Shown: positions 21,493-31,679 of the stretch, piece by piece
Layout: the number at the start of each line of letters is the position of its first letter
How positions within the stretch are numbered: the first letter of the stretch is position 1
Assembly (NCBI GenBank): GCA_018110935.1
Contig: JAGDBX010000090.1
Span: 401 to 64,400 of the forward strand
Length of the DNA stretch: 64,000 nt
Direction: 5' to 3'
From: Oscillospiraceae bacterium
Lineage (GTDB): Bacteria; Bacillota; Clostridia; Oscillospirales; Ruminococcaceae
The notes under the pieces: generated by a model
The model's input: only the letters and a program-made list of their open reading frames with translations
Told to the model about the DNA's origin: nothing
Database searches by the model: none
Position numbers and translations under genes: made by a program

Positions 21493-22389
21493 TTATCTCT
21501 CTGCCGGAAGCAGAGCCGTCCGGCTGCGAATGTCATCCCGGATCTGCCGGATCAGCGCCTCACGGGAATCAAAGCGCCGCTCTCCGCGCAGAAAATCCGT
21601 CAGGATCACAGGCAACGTGACACCGTTCAGTGTTCCCTGCCAACCGATCAGATGTGTTTCCGCGACCGGTGCGCCGTGTCCGTCTGTCAGTGTCGGGCGG
21701 ACACCGATGCTGGTGACGGAAGGCACCAAAACACCGCTAACCTCAGAAAAAGAGGCGTAAACGCCGTACATCGGAACACACTGCCACGGCGCAAACAGCT
21801 GATTTGCCGTCGGAGCACCGAGCAGCCTGCCCTCCTGCCTGCCGGAAACGACTTTCGCTCTGATCGTATAATCACTGCCGAGCAGACGGTTGGCAGAACG
21901 CAGATCGCCGGATTCGAGGAGCGAGCGGATGCGGCTGGATGAAACCGGAAGCCCCTGCTCATCCTGTACCTGCGGAACAGTCACTATGCGGAACCCAAGC
22001 TGCTTCCCGAAGGAAATGAGCTCTTTCGTGCCGCAGGACGCACCTTTTCCAAAGCGAAAATCCGCTCCGCACACCACGCACTCCGCACGGAGCTGACCGA
22101 GCAGGACCTCGCGGCAGAACTGTTCACCGTCCATCCCGCAGACCTGATCGAAGGGAAGCGCCGTGATTTCTTCCGCGCCGCACTGACGCAGAAGAACGGC
22201 GCGCTGTTCATCGCCGTAGATATATCTGAGCGTGCTGCCTTTCTTTTCCGGCATCGTTGCCGTCTGAAAGGTCACAGCACAGCATTTTCCGTTCTTTGCG
22301 GCTTGACTGAGCACGCTTCTGTGCCCCAGATGTACGCCGTCAAATACGCCCAGAGCAGCTGCAGCCGGGCGCTGGCCTGTTTGTTTCAT
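21493..22389 (-). CDS. ribF: Bifunctional riboflavin kinase / FMN adenylyltransferase
   Basis: GVFDGVHLGHRSVL is the nucleotidyltransferase motif. The C-terminus has a riboflavin kinase segment (GFRIVTVP...PTAN). Confidence 0.9.
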   Translation of the reverse strand: MKQTGQRPAAAALGVFDGVHLGHRSVLSQAAKNGKCCAVTFQTATMPEKKGSTLRYIYGDEQRAVLLRQCGAEEITALPFDQVCGMDGEQFCREVLLGQLRAECVVCGADFRFGKGASCGTKELISFGKQLGFRIVTVPQVQDEQGLPVSSSRIRSLLESGDLRSANRLLGSDYTIRAKVVSGRQEGRLLGAPTANQLFAPWQCVPMYGVYASFSEVSGVLVPSVTSIGVRPTLTDGHGAPVAETHLIGWQGTLNGVTLPVILTDFLRGERRFDSREALIRQIRDDIRSRTALLPAER

Positions 22390-22397
22390 ACAGTACC

Positions 22398-23291
22398 TCA
22401 GAGATTTTTATAGACACGAAGCAGACCGCTTGCTGCATCTGCCTGCGCCAGCCCGAAAAAGCGTCCGTCATCCGCATAGACACGAAAACGGTCCGCATCC
22501 GCGGACACACACAGACGCGACAGCTCCAGTCTGACACCGTTAGCGTACAGCCGTGACTGTGCAGCGCTGAGACGCAGAGCAGGCAGCCCGGCAAACAGCC
22601 TGTCAGTCGGGATTACCAGAGAGGGCAGACTGCCGTTTTCAGCGGCAAGCTGAACCTCTTCAAAGGAATGTGCGTCAGTGAGCGAAAACCCGCAGGCGGC
22701 CGTCCGTATGAGCGATGTCATGCAGGCGCCGCAGAGAAGACGCTGTCCGATATCGTGGATCAGCGTGCGGATATAAGTACCCTTGCCGCATGAAACGGCC
22801 AGAACACCCGATCCGGATTCCGGATCGTACCGGAGCAGACGGATCGCATCCACCTGTACGGTTCTGGCGGGGCGCTCGATCTCTTTGCCGGCACGGGCAA
22901 GCTCATAGAGCCGTTTTCCGCCGATCTGCACAGCTGAATACATCGGGGGGATCTGTGAGATCCTGCCGGTGAATGAAGGCAGAACAGCACTGATCGCTTC
23001 TTCTGTAACAGAAAACGGTCCGGTTTCCGTTACTCTGCCGGTGATATCCTGCGTATCGGTCACAGTGCCGAGCTGAAACCCGGCTTCATAGGCCTTGTCC
23101 GAATCAGGCAGAATATCGCAGGCTCTGGCTGCCGTTCCGATCAGAACCGGCAGAACACCGGTCGCCATCGGATCAAGCGTTCCGGTGTGACCAAGTTTTC
23201 TCATTTTCAGAATGCCGCGCAGCTTCCCGATCACATCAAACGAGGTGAAGCCCTGCGGCTTGTCCATGACAAGAATTCCGCTATCGATCAT
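22398..23291 (-). CDS. truB: tRNA pseudouridine(55) synthase
   Basis: GILVMDKPQGFTSFDV...GHTGTLDPMATGVLPV contains the catalytic Asp motif. Confidence 0.95.
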   Translation of the reverse strand: MIDSGILVMDKPQGFTSFDVIGKLRGILKMRKLGHTGTLDPMATGVLPVLIGTAARACDILPDSDKAYEAGFQLGTVTDTQDITGRVTETGPFSVTEEAISAVLPSFTGRISQIPPMYSAVQIGGKRLYELARAGKEIERPARTVQVDAIRLLRYDPESGSGVLAVSCGKGTYIRTLIHDIGQRLLCGACMTSLIRTAACGFSLTDAHSFEEVQLAAENGSLPSLVIPTDRLFAGLPALRLSAAQSRLYANGVRLELSRLCVSADADRFRVYADDGRFFGLAQADAASGLLRVYKNL

Positions 23292-24283
23292 GTCTGCCTC
23301 TCAAGAAAGCCCGAAGCGGTTTCGATCAGCGTTTTGCATACATCCTCCGGTTTTCCTTCCGGCAGAGAACAGCCGCTTGCCTTGACATGGCCGCCGCCGC
23401 CGAAATGCTGTGCGATGGCAGACACATCCGCGTGATCGCCGCCGCGCATGGACACGCGGTAGCTGCCATCCGGCTGCTGCTTGCAGATGATGCCGATCTC
23501 TACCCCGATGATCTGCATCGGAAGATTGGCCGTACCCTCTGTCTCCTCCGCGGAAAGACCGAATTCCTCCATCCACGCGTAGGGCAGATAGACCAGCGCC
23601 ACACGCCCGTCATCAGAGAGCATTGCCTGCTCCATGAGCCTGGCGTCAAGGCGAAGCCTTCCGGCAGATTTCAAGACAAAATACGCCCGGTTGAGCCGTG
23701 CGTAAGGCAGATCCGGAAACTGTTTCTTGATCTGCGCAACCGCACTGAATGCGGCTGCGTCCGCATTGCTGAACTGGAAGCAGCCTGTATCAGTCGCAAT
23801 GCCGGTATATAGGCAGAGCGCCGTCTGTTCGGTCAGCGGGATGCCGTTTTCAAGCATCATGCGGAACAGCACCTCGGAAGCTGCCGCGGAATGCGGATTC
23901 CAATAAAGACGTTCCGCATAATGTGTATTGGAAATATGATGGTCAATGCAGAGCGCGATCTCCGCGTTTTTCTCCCGTTCAGGCAGATCACCGAGCAGAT
24001 TCCTGTCTGCGACATCGACAGTGACCCATGCTTTCGGTTCAAAATCCTCAAACATGACGCCCTCTGTGATTTCACGGAACATCGAAGGAATCCTGTCCGC
24101 GCAGCACACACGCGACCGGATCCCCCAGCCGCGCAGAATGTGATGCAGCGCGCAGCCGGTTCCCACACAGTCTCCGTCCGGCGAGCGGTGAATCAGGATA
24201 TACACATCGCTGAGGCTTTTCAAAACCGAAACCGCTTCCGCGGAGCCGATCTCACGGCATGCGCCCTGTTCTGTCTGCATCAT
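23288..24283 (-). CDS. nrnA: DHH/DHHA1 phosphoesterase (NrnA-like oligoribonuclease / pAp phosphatase)
   Basis: Motifs HRSPDGDCVG, IDHH and GGGGHVKASG are present. Start is set at MMQTEQ, with GGGGAGGG 8 nt upstream. The track start at 24334 would overlap rbfA. Confidence 0.85.
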   Translation of the reverse strand: MMQTEQGACREIGSAEAVSVLKSLSDVYILIHRSPDGDCVGTGCALHHILRGWGIRSRVCCADRIPSMFREITEGVMFEDFEPKAWVTVDVADRNLLGDLPEREKNAEIALCIDHHISNTHYAERLYWNPHSAAASEVLFRMMLENGIPLTEQTALCLYTGIATDTGCFQFSNADAAAFSAVAQIKKQFPDLPYARLNRAYFVLKSAGRLRLDARLMEQAMLSDDGRVALVYLPYAWMEEFGLSAEETEGTANLPMQIIGVEIGIICKQQPDGSYRVSMRGGDHADVSAIAQHFGGGGHVKASGCSLPEGKPEDVCKTLIETASGFLERQT

Positions 24284-24302
24284 TCGGCTGTCCCTCCCCG
24301 GC

Positions 24303-24686
24303 TCATTCCGGCTGCACGGCGGAATCCGCGTCATTGCCGCCGGTCAGGCCGAGACTGTTCAGCTTTTCGCTGATGTCAGCGGCATATTCAATGGAATCAT
24401 CCGCGATGAAATGCAGCTGCGGGGATTTGCGGAGCTTCAGGCGGTTGAACAGTTCAGCGCGGATGAATCCGCCGGCTGATTTCAGCACGCCGCAGGCAGT
24501 TTTCGCATCATCGACGCCGTTCAGACTGGAAATATAGACCTTGCAGTGTCCCATATCGCCGGACAGCTCAGCACGGACAATCGTCAGAGCCGGTGTCAGG
24601 CGCGGATCCTTGAGTTCCTCCCGCATGATCGCGGTCAGCTCCCGCAGAATATCCTCCTGCACCCGTCCGATCTTAAAGCTTGCCAA
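24303..24686 (-). CDS. rbfA: Ribosome-binding factor A
   Basis: RVQEDILRELTAIMREELKDPRL is a typical RbfA N-terminus, and the gene holds the canonical position after infB. Confidence 0.93.
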   Translation of the reverse strand: MASFKIGRVQEDILRELTAIMREELKDPRLTPALTIVRAELSGDMGHCKVYISSLNGVDDAKTACGVLKSAGGFIRAELFNRLKLRKSPQLHFIADDSIEYAADISEKLNSLGLTGGNDADSAVQPE

Positions 24687-24720
24687 ATCTGGTCACTCCT
24701 TTCAGCCGGAGCATCCCGCA

Positions 24721-24969
24721 TCAGAGTGTGATGGAGCTGTCCGGTTCCGGATTATAGTAGTCGCCGGAGGTCTCCGTTTCGTTAAAGAAGCCTTCTTCAT
24801 CAAAAATCGTCTCCGGATCGGCGACATCCTCGGAAACGCTCAGTTCCCCGAGCAGAATCCGTTTCACGGTATCAAAAAACAGAATGTCGATCGGGCCGAA
24901 ATCCTCCCATGCCAGTGCCTCGTTGCAGTACTGGATCATGTCTTCATTGCTCATTCTATGATTTTCCAT
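24721..24969 (-). CDS. Hypothetical acidic 82-aa protein in the slot occupied by ylxP (DUF503) in Bacillus
   Basis: The ORF sits between infB and rbfA and is very acidic (DEEGFFNETETSGDYYNPEPD). By eye it does not resemble DUF503. Confidence 0.5.
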   Translation of the reverse strand: MENHRMSNEDMIQYCNEALAWEDFGPIDILFFDTVKRILLGELSVSEDVADPETIFDEEGFFNETETSGDYYNPEPDSSITL

Positions 24970-25024
24970 GATACCCTCCGTTCCGGCAGCAGGCGGGCTG
25001 CGCTGCTGCCGTGTTCGTCACGAA

Positions 25025-27835
25025 TCAGTCTTCGCGGTATTCCTCGATGATAAACGCCTCAAGAATATCGCCTTCCTTGATATCGGCAAAACGCTCCAGC
25101 GAAATGCCGCATTCATAGCCGGTCGCGACCTCCTTGACATCGTCCTTGAAGCGGCGCAGTGAATCAATCTGATCCTCTGCCACAACGATGCCGTCACGCA
25201 CGACACGGATCTTGCACTGTCTTGTCACCTTGCCGTCCAGCACATAGCAGCCGGCGACCGCGCCGACACTGGAGATATGATACACCTGACGCACCTCGAT
25301 GCGTGCCATCTGCACCTCGCGGAACTTCGGCGCCAGCATGCCCTTCATAGCGGTCGAAATCTCCTCGATCGCATCGTAGATGATGCGGTACAGGCGGATA
25401 TCGACACCGTCTCTCGCGGCGGTCTCACTCGCGACGGGCATCGGACGGACATTGAAGCCGACGATGATCGCGTTGGATGCGTTCGCAAGCATGACATCAC
25501 TCTCGGAAACAGCACCGACCGCACCGTGAATGACACGGACGCGCACTTCTTCATTGGAGAGCTTTTCAAGCGACTGTGTAACCGCTTCCACAGAGCCCTG
25601 CACATCCGCCTTGACGATGACAGCCAGTTCCTTCATCTCGCCCTCTGCAATTTGAGAGAACAGGTTGTCGAGCGTGACTTTGCGGTAAGCCTTGAACTGC
25701 TCTTCCTTCGCTTCATGCTTTCTCTGCTCCACAAGCTCCTTTGCGAGACGCTCATCCTCAACGGCGTTGAAGACATCGCCCGCACTCGGGACCTCGGCGA
25801 GACCGGTGATCTCGACCGGAACAGAGGGACCGGCCTCCTTGACGACCTTACCCTTGTAATTTGTCATGACGCGGACTCTGCCGACCGCGGTTCCGGCAAT
25901 GATGACATCGCCGGTGTGAAGCGTACCGTTCTGCACGAGGATCGTGGCAATCGGGCCTCTGCCCTTGTCCAGACGCGCTTCGATAACGGTACCCTTTGCC
26001 AGACGGTTCGGGTTCGCCTTCAGCTCGCGGACTTCCGCAACAAGCAGAATGTTCTCAAGCAGCTCCTCGATGCCCTCACCGGTCTTTGCAGAGACGGGCA
26101 CACAGATCGTGTCGCCGCCCCATTCCTCGCAGACAAGCTCATATTCCGTGAGCTGCTGCTTGACGCGGTCGGGATTTGCGCCTTCCTTGTCCATCTTGTT
26201 GATCGCAACGATGATCGAAACGCCTGCAGCCTTCGCGTGGTTGATCGATTCGATCGTCTGCGGCATAATGCCGTCATCTGCCGCGACAACGAGGATCGCG
26301 ATATCGGTGATGTTTGCGCCGCGCGCACGCATGGATGTGAACGCTTCATGGCCGGGCGTATCAAGGAAGGTGATGGTCTTGCCTTCATGCGTGACCTGAT
26401 ACGCGCCGATGTGCTGTGTAATGCCGCCGGCCTCGGTATCTGTCACATGCGCATTGCGGATACGGTCGAGGATCGAGGTCTTGCCGTGGTCAACATGTCC
26501 CATGACGACAACGACCGGGCAGCGCTCCTCGAGTGCATCCTCAGGATCGGCTTCATCGGTGATCAGACGCTCTTCGATCGTGACGATGACCTCATGCTCG
26601 ACCTTTGCGCCGAGCTCTTCCGCGACCAGCGACGCGGTGTCAAAATCAATTTCTTCGTTGATATTGGCCATGACACCGAGTCCCATCAGTTTCTTGATGA
26701 CATCGCGGACCTGCACCTTCAGGCGGGTTGCCAGTTCGCTGACGACGATGCTGTCCGGAATCAGAACCTTGAGCTGCTGCTTTCTGGCACGCTCAAGCTC
26801 TAATCTGCGCAGCTTTTCCGCCTCTGTCTCGCGCACCTTGCCGGACTTCTGCTGTCTGGCTCTCTGCTGGGATTTCTGGGTGATCTTCTGCTTCTTTGCA
26901 GCGTTGTTATCGCGCTTGCCGCCTCTGCCCTGCGGGGCAATCTGCTCATAGCGCTCGTTATACTTATCCAGATCGACATAGCTGCCGCGCGTGTCGATCG
27001 TGTGGCGCTGCTGACTCGGCTGAACATCCGTAGATGCCGCAAAATCCATCTCGATCACAGCGCGCTCGCCGCGCTCCTGTGCCTTGGCAGGCTTCTTCGG
27101 AGCCTTGGGCTGACGCGGCTGCGGCGGCTGAGCAGGTGCCTTCTTCGGCTGCTCGGCTGCCGGTTTTGCGGCAGGAGCTGCAGCGGCCTGCGCCGGCTGA
27201 GCAGTCTGTTTGGCAGCAGCGGCAGCCTTGGCCGCCTGCTTCGCAGCCTGCTGCTGTTGATTCTGAGCCTTTCTCGCAGCTTTCTCCGCCTGCTGACGCT
27301 CATACATCGCGGCACGCTCTCTCGCGCGCTGCTCGGTCATCGCCGCCGTAACAACGCGCGGTGCGGCCGGAGACTCTTCAGCTGCAGGTGCTTCCGTGAC
27401 CGGAGCCTCCCGGACGGCAGGTGCGGCCTCTTTCACTTCTTCAGCCGGCTGAGCAGGCTTTTCTGCCTTGGCAGGCTTTTCAGCTGCAGGCTTCTCAGCC
27501 TTTGCGGGAGAAGCGGGCTTTTCCTTCTTCTTCTTTTCCGGCTTCTCGGCGTTTTCTTCCTTCTTCACAGTCGGACGCGCCGTTCTGGTCGGTTTCTTGA
27601 CCGTCTGCTGCGGCTCAGCCTGCTGCACAGAACGGTCAGCGTAATATGCTTTGAAATCCGCAACCGCCCGCGCCTGCGAGATCGACTCGAGCAGATAATT
27701 CATCTCCGTTTCGGTTATCGAAGATGTCGCCTTTCTGGTTTTATCGTCCAGCCGTTTGAGCTGTTCGATCAGCTCCTCTGCCGGCAGATTCAGATCTGCG
27801 GCAAAATCACTCAGCTTGACTTTCATTGTTGGCAT
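25025..27835 (-). CDS. infB: Translation initiation factor IF-2
   Basis: G-domain motifs are [14 protein letters not shown] and NKMD. The N-terminal region is long and Ala/Lys/Pro/Gln-rich. Start is at MPTMKVKL, with AAGGGGG 8 nt upstream. Confidence 0.96.
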   Translation of the reverse strand: MPTMKVKLSDFAADLNLPAEELIEQLKRLDDKTRKATSSITETEMNYLLESISQARAVADFKAYYADRSVQQAEPQQTVKKPTRTARPTVKKEENAEKPEKKKKEKPASPAKAEKPAAEKPAKAEKPAQPAEEVKEAAPAVREAPVTEAPAAEESPAAPRVVTAAMTEQRARERAAMYERQQAEKAARKAQNQQQQAAKQAAKAAAAAKQTAQPAQAAAAPAAKPAAEQPKKAPAQPPQPRQPKAPKKPAKAQERGERAVIEMDFAASTDVQPSQQRHTIDTRGSYVDLDKYNERYEQIAPQGRGGKRDNNAAKKQKITQKSQQRARQQKSGKVRETEAEKLRRLELERARKQQLKVLIPDSIVVSELATRLKVQVRDVIKKLMGLGVMANINEEIDFDTASLVAEELGAKVEHEVIVTIEERLITDEADPEDALEERCPVVVVMGHVDHGKTSILDRIRNAHVTDTEAGGITQHIGAYQVTHEGKTITFLDTPGHEAFTSMRARGANITDIAILVVAADDGIMPQTIESINHAKAAGVSIIVAINKMDKEGANPDRVKQQLTEYELVCEEWGGDTICVPVSAKTGEGIEELLENILLVAEVRELKANPNRLAKGTVIEARLDKGRGPIATILVQNGTLHTGDVIIAGTAVGRVRVMTNYKGKVVKEAGPSVPVEITGLAEVPSAGDVFNAVEDERLAKELVEQRKHEAKEEQFKAYRKVTLDNLFSQIAEGEMKELAVIVKADVQGSVEAVTQSLEKLSNEEVRVRVIHGAVGAVSESDVMLANASNAIIVGFNVRPMPVASETAARDGVDIRLYRIIYDAIEEISTAMKGMLAPKFREVQMARIEVRQVYHISSVGAVAGCYVLDGKVTRQCKIRVVRDGIVVAEDQIDSLRRFKDDVKEVATGYECGISLERFADIKEGDILEAFIIEEYRED

Positions 27836-27898
27836 TGGCAATACCCCCTTCGGTACTTTCGGTTCACCGCAATGCAGAGCACCGCGGATACATTCCAT

Positions 27899-28210
27899 TC
27901 ACTGCATATCCAGCAGCATCAGAAGCCTGTCGGCAAAGCCCTGTCCGCAGACGCCGAATACCGCCGTCCGCTTCCGGAAAAAGCGCTGCATCGCTTCCAT
28001 CGTTTCACTGAGCTTTCTGACGGGTATTTCACCGCACTGAAAGCGTACTTCCTTTTCGGTGCGCGGCGCTGTATCCGCCGCAAGCAGAATGCACTGCACT
28101 TTTCCGAGCTTCGCCGCCTCTGTGACAGCGTCAAATCCCAGAAGCAGATTTCCGGATCTGCGGCAGACAGTCAGCAGCGAGATCACACGGTTCATTCCGG
28201 CATCAGCCAT
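27899..28210 (-). CDS. ylxQ: L7Ae-family RNA-binding protein YlxQ
   Basis: Motifs RRSGNLLLGFDAV and VQCILLAADTAPRTEKEV are present. The ATG overlaps the ylxR stop (ATGGCTGA). Confidence 0.85.
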   Translation of the reverse strand: MADAGMNRVISLLTVCRRSGNLLLGFDAVTEAAKLGKVQCILLAADTAPRTEKEVRFQCGEIPVRKLSETMEAMQRFFRKRTAVFGVCGQGFADRLLMLLDMQ

Positions 28211-28487
28211 TCTGTTCCGCCTCCTGCTCGGCCATAGCCGCCGCAAGTGCCTCATAGACGCCGACATCGATCCGGCAGGCAAACGCTTTCTCCAGCCGCC
28301 TTACCTTCTGCGCCTTCCTGAGACATTCACTCTGCGGGCAGACATACGCGCCGCGGCCGGACTTCTTTCCGGTCGCATCCAGCACGATGCTTCCGTCCGG
28401 CTGCTTCACAACACGGATCAGCTCACGCTTCGGCTTCATTTCGCCGCAGCCGGTACACATCCGCATCGGAATTTTCCTCGGTGTCAT
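28203..28487 (-). CDS. rnpM: YlxR/RnpM (DUF448) RNA-binding protein
   Basis: RMCTGCGEMKPKRELIRVV...GRGAYVC is the DUF448 signature. Confidence 0.9.
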   Translation of the reverse strand: MTPRKIPMRMCTGCGEMKPKRELIRVVKQPDGSIVLDATGKKSGRGAYVCPQSECLRKAQKVRRLEKAFACRIDVGVYEALAAAMAEQEAEQNG

Positions 28488-28496
28488 AACTGCACC

Positions 28497-29654
28497 TCAG
28501 TTCTCGGCTGCTTCCTCACCGGCTGTCAGTGCTTCGTCATCTGCATCAGAATCCTCAGGCAGCAGATCCTCCGGATCGGGAATTTCCTTTTTGATATCGA
28601 TCTTGTAGCCGGTCAGCTTCGCCGCAAGCTTGGCGTTCTGGCCTTTCTGGCCGATTGCCAGCGACGCCTCGGCATTCGGCACAACCACCTTTGCCGTCGG
28701 GGTTTCACCTTCTTCGATCGTCACGGAAAGCACCTTGGCCGGTGCCAGCGCGTTGACGATGAATTCAACCGGATCTTCGGAATAGCGGATAATATCGATC
28801 TTTTCGCCGTGCAGCTCTTTCACGACAGCGGAGATTCTGGAGCTCCGCTCGCCGATGCAGGTTCCGACCGGATCGACATTCTCGTCATTGGAGCAGACGG
28901 CAACCTTGGAGCGGAAGCCAGCCTCGCGCGAGATCGCGCGGATCTCGATCGTGCCGTCCGCGATTTCGGGGATCGCCTGCTCCAGCAGACGCTCCACAAA
29001 TCCGCGGTCTACACGGGAAATGCGGACGATCGGCTTTTTGGTGCGGTTGGCGATGGTCGTCACATAGACCTTGATGAGATCGCCTTCATGCAGCGGCTCA
29101 TAAACACGCGTCGGTTTTCCGTCCACAATGGTTTCCGTAAAGAGCTGCTCGCTGCGGGAGAGATACAGCTCCGTGCGGTCGTATTCGACTGTGACGGTTC
29201 CGCGTGCGGGATCAACCTGCGTGACGCGCACAGTGATCAGCTGATGCTCCTTGTCCTCAAACTTTTCAAGGATCTGATCGCGGTTGATCTGTCTGAGATC
29301 GCCGCGGATGCTCTGCTTGGCAAACTGCGCAATGCTTCTGCCGAACTTCACCGGATCGAGCAGACATTCCACAAGGTCGCCGAGCTCACAGTCAGGATCG
29401 TGCAGCCGCGCCTGCTCAAGGCTGACCTCGTAATCGGTCTTCGGCTCGCCCTCCACGACGCTCTTTTTCATGTAAATGTCAAAGCGGCGCGACGCGGGAT
29501 CAATTTCCACGCGGATGTCGTCATCCTCGGCATAAGGATATGCCTTCTGCGCGGCCTTGAGCATCGCTGCGGAGATGCGCTCGACCAGCACCCCCTGATC
29601 GACACTGTTCTCGCTGCCGAGATCCGCCAGTGCCTCAAAGAAATCTTTTTCCAT
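28497..29654 (-). CDS. nusA: Transcription termination/antitermination factor NusA
   Basis: Start is at MEKDFFEAL, with GAGGAG 8 nt upstream. S1 and KH segments are present (AISREAGFRSKVAV...GTCIGERSSRI...IGQKGQNAKLA). Confidence 0.95.
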   Translation of the reverse strand: MEKDFFEALADLGSENSVDQGVLVERISAAMLKAAQKAYPYAEDDDIRVEIDPASRRFDIYMKKSVVEGEPKTDYEVSLEQARLHDPDCELGDLVECLLDPVKFGRSIAQFAKQSIRGDLRQINRDQILEKFEDKEHQLITVRVTQVDPARGTVTVEYDRTELYLSRSEQLFTETIVDGKPTRVYEPLHEGDLIKVYVTTIANRTKKPIVRISRVDRGFVERLLEQAIPEIADGTIEIRAISREAGFRSKVAVCSNDENVDPVGTCIGERSSRISAVVKELHGEKIDIIRYSEDPVEFIVNALAPAKVLSVTIEEGETPTAKVVVPNAEASLAIGQKGQNAKLAAKLTGYKIDIKKEIPDPEDLLPEDSDADDEALTAGEEAAEN

Positions 29655-29712
29655 GACCTGTACTCCTCTCAATATCACAAACTCCGTGCAGCATCGGCAC
29701 CGGAATTGTCTT

Positions 29713-30231
29713 TCAAGCCTTGTCCGCGCTGTCCTGTGCCCGGCGGACCTCCTCCTCATCAAAATCAGCGAGCTTCACAAACGCAATGCCCGAGAGCGGA
29801 AGATTCTTTTCTCCGTCGGCCGTGCCGAGCGTGATCTGCTCTCGGTCACAGCCGAGCAGCGTACCGCTGAGATCCTTTGTGCCGTCCTCCAGCGGGCGGA
29901 TCATCCGCACTTTGACCGGGCTGCCTTCGCAGGCGCCGAAATGCGTTTCACGGATCAGTTCGCGCTCCAGTCCGGCAGAACCGACCTCAAGCGTGTAGCT
30001 CTGCGGGATCGGATCCTGCTCATCCAGCAGCTTGCTGAGCGGTCTGGTCACCTGCTCACAGTCCGTGATGTTCACGGGACGCTCCATATGATCGAGCAGC
30101 ACGCGCAGATACCACAGCGCGCCTTCCTTCTCAAACCGGACATCCCAGACGATCAGGCCGAGCTCCTCTGCGATCGGCCGCACGAGCTCATAGACCCGGC
30201 TTTCCGTTCCGCCGAATTTTTTCAGCTTCAT
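29713..30231 (-). CDS. rimP: Ribosome maturation factor RimP
   Basis: The 172-aa product contains VYELVRPIAEELGLIVWDV..EKEG..WYLRV and is the first gene of the nusA-infB operon. Confidence 0.9.
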   Translation of the reverse strand: MKLKKFGGTESRVYELVRPIAEELGLIVWDVRFEKEGALWYLRVLLDHMERPVNITDCEQVTRPLSKLLDEQDPIPQSYTLEVGSAGLERELIRETHFGACEGSPVKVRMIRPLEDGTKDLSGTLLGCDREQITLGTADGEKNLPLSGIAFVKLADFDEEEVRRAQDSADKA

Positions 30232-30302
30232 ACCATCTTTTCACCTGACGCCCGCGGAAAGACGCGGACCCTTTCCTTCTGATCGGGATAAAATCATGCT
30301 CT

Positions 30303-30338
30303 GCAAAACGAAAGACCGGAATTTGTTTCCGGCCTTTC
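30303..30338 (-). promoter_or_regulatory. Terminator-like hairpin in the rimP-nusA leader (candidate attenuator)
   Basis: The minus strand reads GAAAGGCCGGAA-acaaa-TTCCGGTCTTTC followed by GTTTTG. It lies between the promoter (30364-30392) and the rimP start at 30231. Confidence 0.55.
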
Positions 30339-30363
30339 TTGATTTCATCTTTTGTACTATAAT

Positions 30364-30392
30364 ACTATACCACATTTCCCGCAAAAATGCAA
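30364..30392 (-). promoter_or_regulatory. SigA-type promoter of the rimP-nusA-infB operon (TTGCAT-17-TGgTATAGT)
   Basis: Reverse complement reads TTGCAT (30392-30387), a 17-nt spacer, then TATAGT (30369-30364) with a TGg extension. Confidence 0.55.
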
Positions 30393-30486
30393 GCATTTTC
30401 CGATGTTTCGGAACGGTTTTCAGCACTTTGACCAACTGCATCCCGTGAAACGGGGAAGATTTCGCTGTTTTTCCGGCAAAAACCGC

Positions 30487-31224
30487 TTATTCCTCGTCAG
30501 GCATATCCCAGTTATGCCAGACATTCTGGACATCGTCATCATCCTCCAGATGCTCCAGCAGCAGTCCCATCTTCTTGAGATGCTCCTCATCTGTCAGCGC
30601 GACATAAGTGCCCGGCACCTGCTCCTCCTCTGCGGAAACGACCAGATAGCCCTTTGCGGTCAGACCCTCGCGCAGATCATGCAGCACATCCGGCTGACAG
30701 ACGATCTCGATGCTGTCCTCGGAATAGGTCATATCATCACCGCCCAGCTCCATGACATCCTCCAGCACGCTGTCCTCATCCAGTTCGCCGTCATGCTCGA
30801 TGACGATCACGCCCTTGAGCGTAAACAGATAGGAAACACAGCCGCTTGTGCCGAGATTGCCGCCGAACTTGTCGAAATAATGGCGGATATTTGCCGCCGT
30901 ACGGTTCTTGTTGTCGGTCAGGCACTCGACGATGACCGCCACGCCGCTCGGGCCGTAGCCTTCGTAGACCATGCTCTCGTAGCTGTTCTTGTCGCCGTCG
31001 CCGGCAGCCTTCTTGATCAGGCGGTCGATGTTGTCGTTCGGCACATTGTTGGCCTTCGCCTTTGCGATCAGGTCACGCAGCTTGCTGTTGTTGTTCGGGT
31101 CTGCGCCGCCCTCACGGATCACGACCATCATTTCTCTTCCGATCTTCGTAAAGATCTTCGCTTTCGCGGCATCGGTCGCCTCTTTTTTCCGCTTGATATT
31201 ATTCCATTTGGAATGTCCCGACAT
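30487..31224 (-). CDS. yebC: YebC/PmpR-family DNA-binding regulator
   Basis: MSGHSKWNNIKRKK is the invariant family N-terminus. The product is 245 aa. Confidence 0.93.
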   Translation of the reverse strand: MSGHSKWNNIKRKKEATDAAKAKIFTKIGREMMVVIREGGADPNNNSKLRDLIAKAKANNVPNDNIDRLIKKAAGDGDKNSYESMVYEGYGPSGVAVIVECLTDNKNRTAANIRHYFDKFGGNLGTSGCVSYLFTLKGVIVIEHDGELDEDSVLEDVMELGGDDMTYSEDSIEIVCQPDVLHDLREGLTAKGYLVVSAEEEQVPGTYVALTDEEHLKKMGLLLEHLEDDDDVQNVWHNWDMPDEE

Positions 31225-31235
31225 AATGATCCTCC

Positions 31236-31679
31236 TTACTCTGCCTCAGCTTCCGCGTTCTCAGCGCTGCTGTCAGACCAAACCGTCTGGAACAGCTCAC
31301 GAAGACGCGCGGTGCGTCCGCATAAAAATAAATATCCGAACAGGCACTCAATGCCCGTTGCCTTTCTGTAATCGGCCGGTGTCGCGTGCTTCGGCACGCT
31401 GATGCCGCTCGCGTTCCGTCCGCGGCGGAAAATCTCCGCTTCCTCTTCGCTCAGCTGGTCTGCAATCCGCAGTGCAGCGTCCGCCTGATAGGCTGCGCGG
31501 ACATGCGCAACGGCCAGCGTGTGGAGATCACGCGCGGGACGGTTGGCCTCGCGAAGAATCTGCTCGCGTACCATAACCTCATCAACGGTGTCTCCTAAAA
31601 ACGCAAGCGCAAGCGGACTGTACTGCTGTGCTTCAGCCGGTTCAAGCGGCGCGGCAGCCGCAAGCGTATCAATCGACAT
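31236..31679 (-). CDS. mrnC: Mini-ribonuclease III
   Basis: I take the internal Met MSIDTL. Motifs LALAFLGDTVDEVMVRE...RRGRNA...EALFGYLFL are Mini-III type. The upstream 95 codons of the track ORF overlap obg and are rejected. Confidence 0.8.
   Translation of the reverse strand: MSIDTLAAAAPLEPAEAQQYSPLALAFLGDTVDEVMVREQILREANRPARDLHTLAVAHVRAAYQADAALRIADQLSEEEAEIFRRGRNASGISVPKHATPADYRKATGIECLFGYLFLCGRTARLRELFQTVWSDSSAENAEAEAE

Noticed and set aside
27040-27560. Repetitive Ala/Lys/Pro/Gln-coding DNA in infB as a possible tandem-repeat or contingency locus
   Set aside because: Low-complexity N-terminal regions are normal for IF-2, and I found no exact long tandem units.
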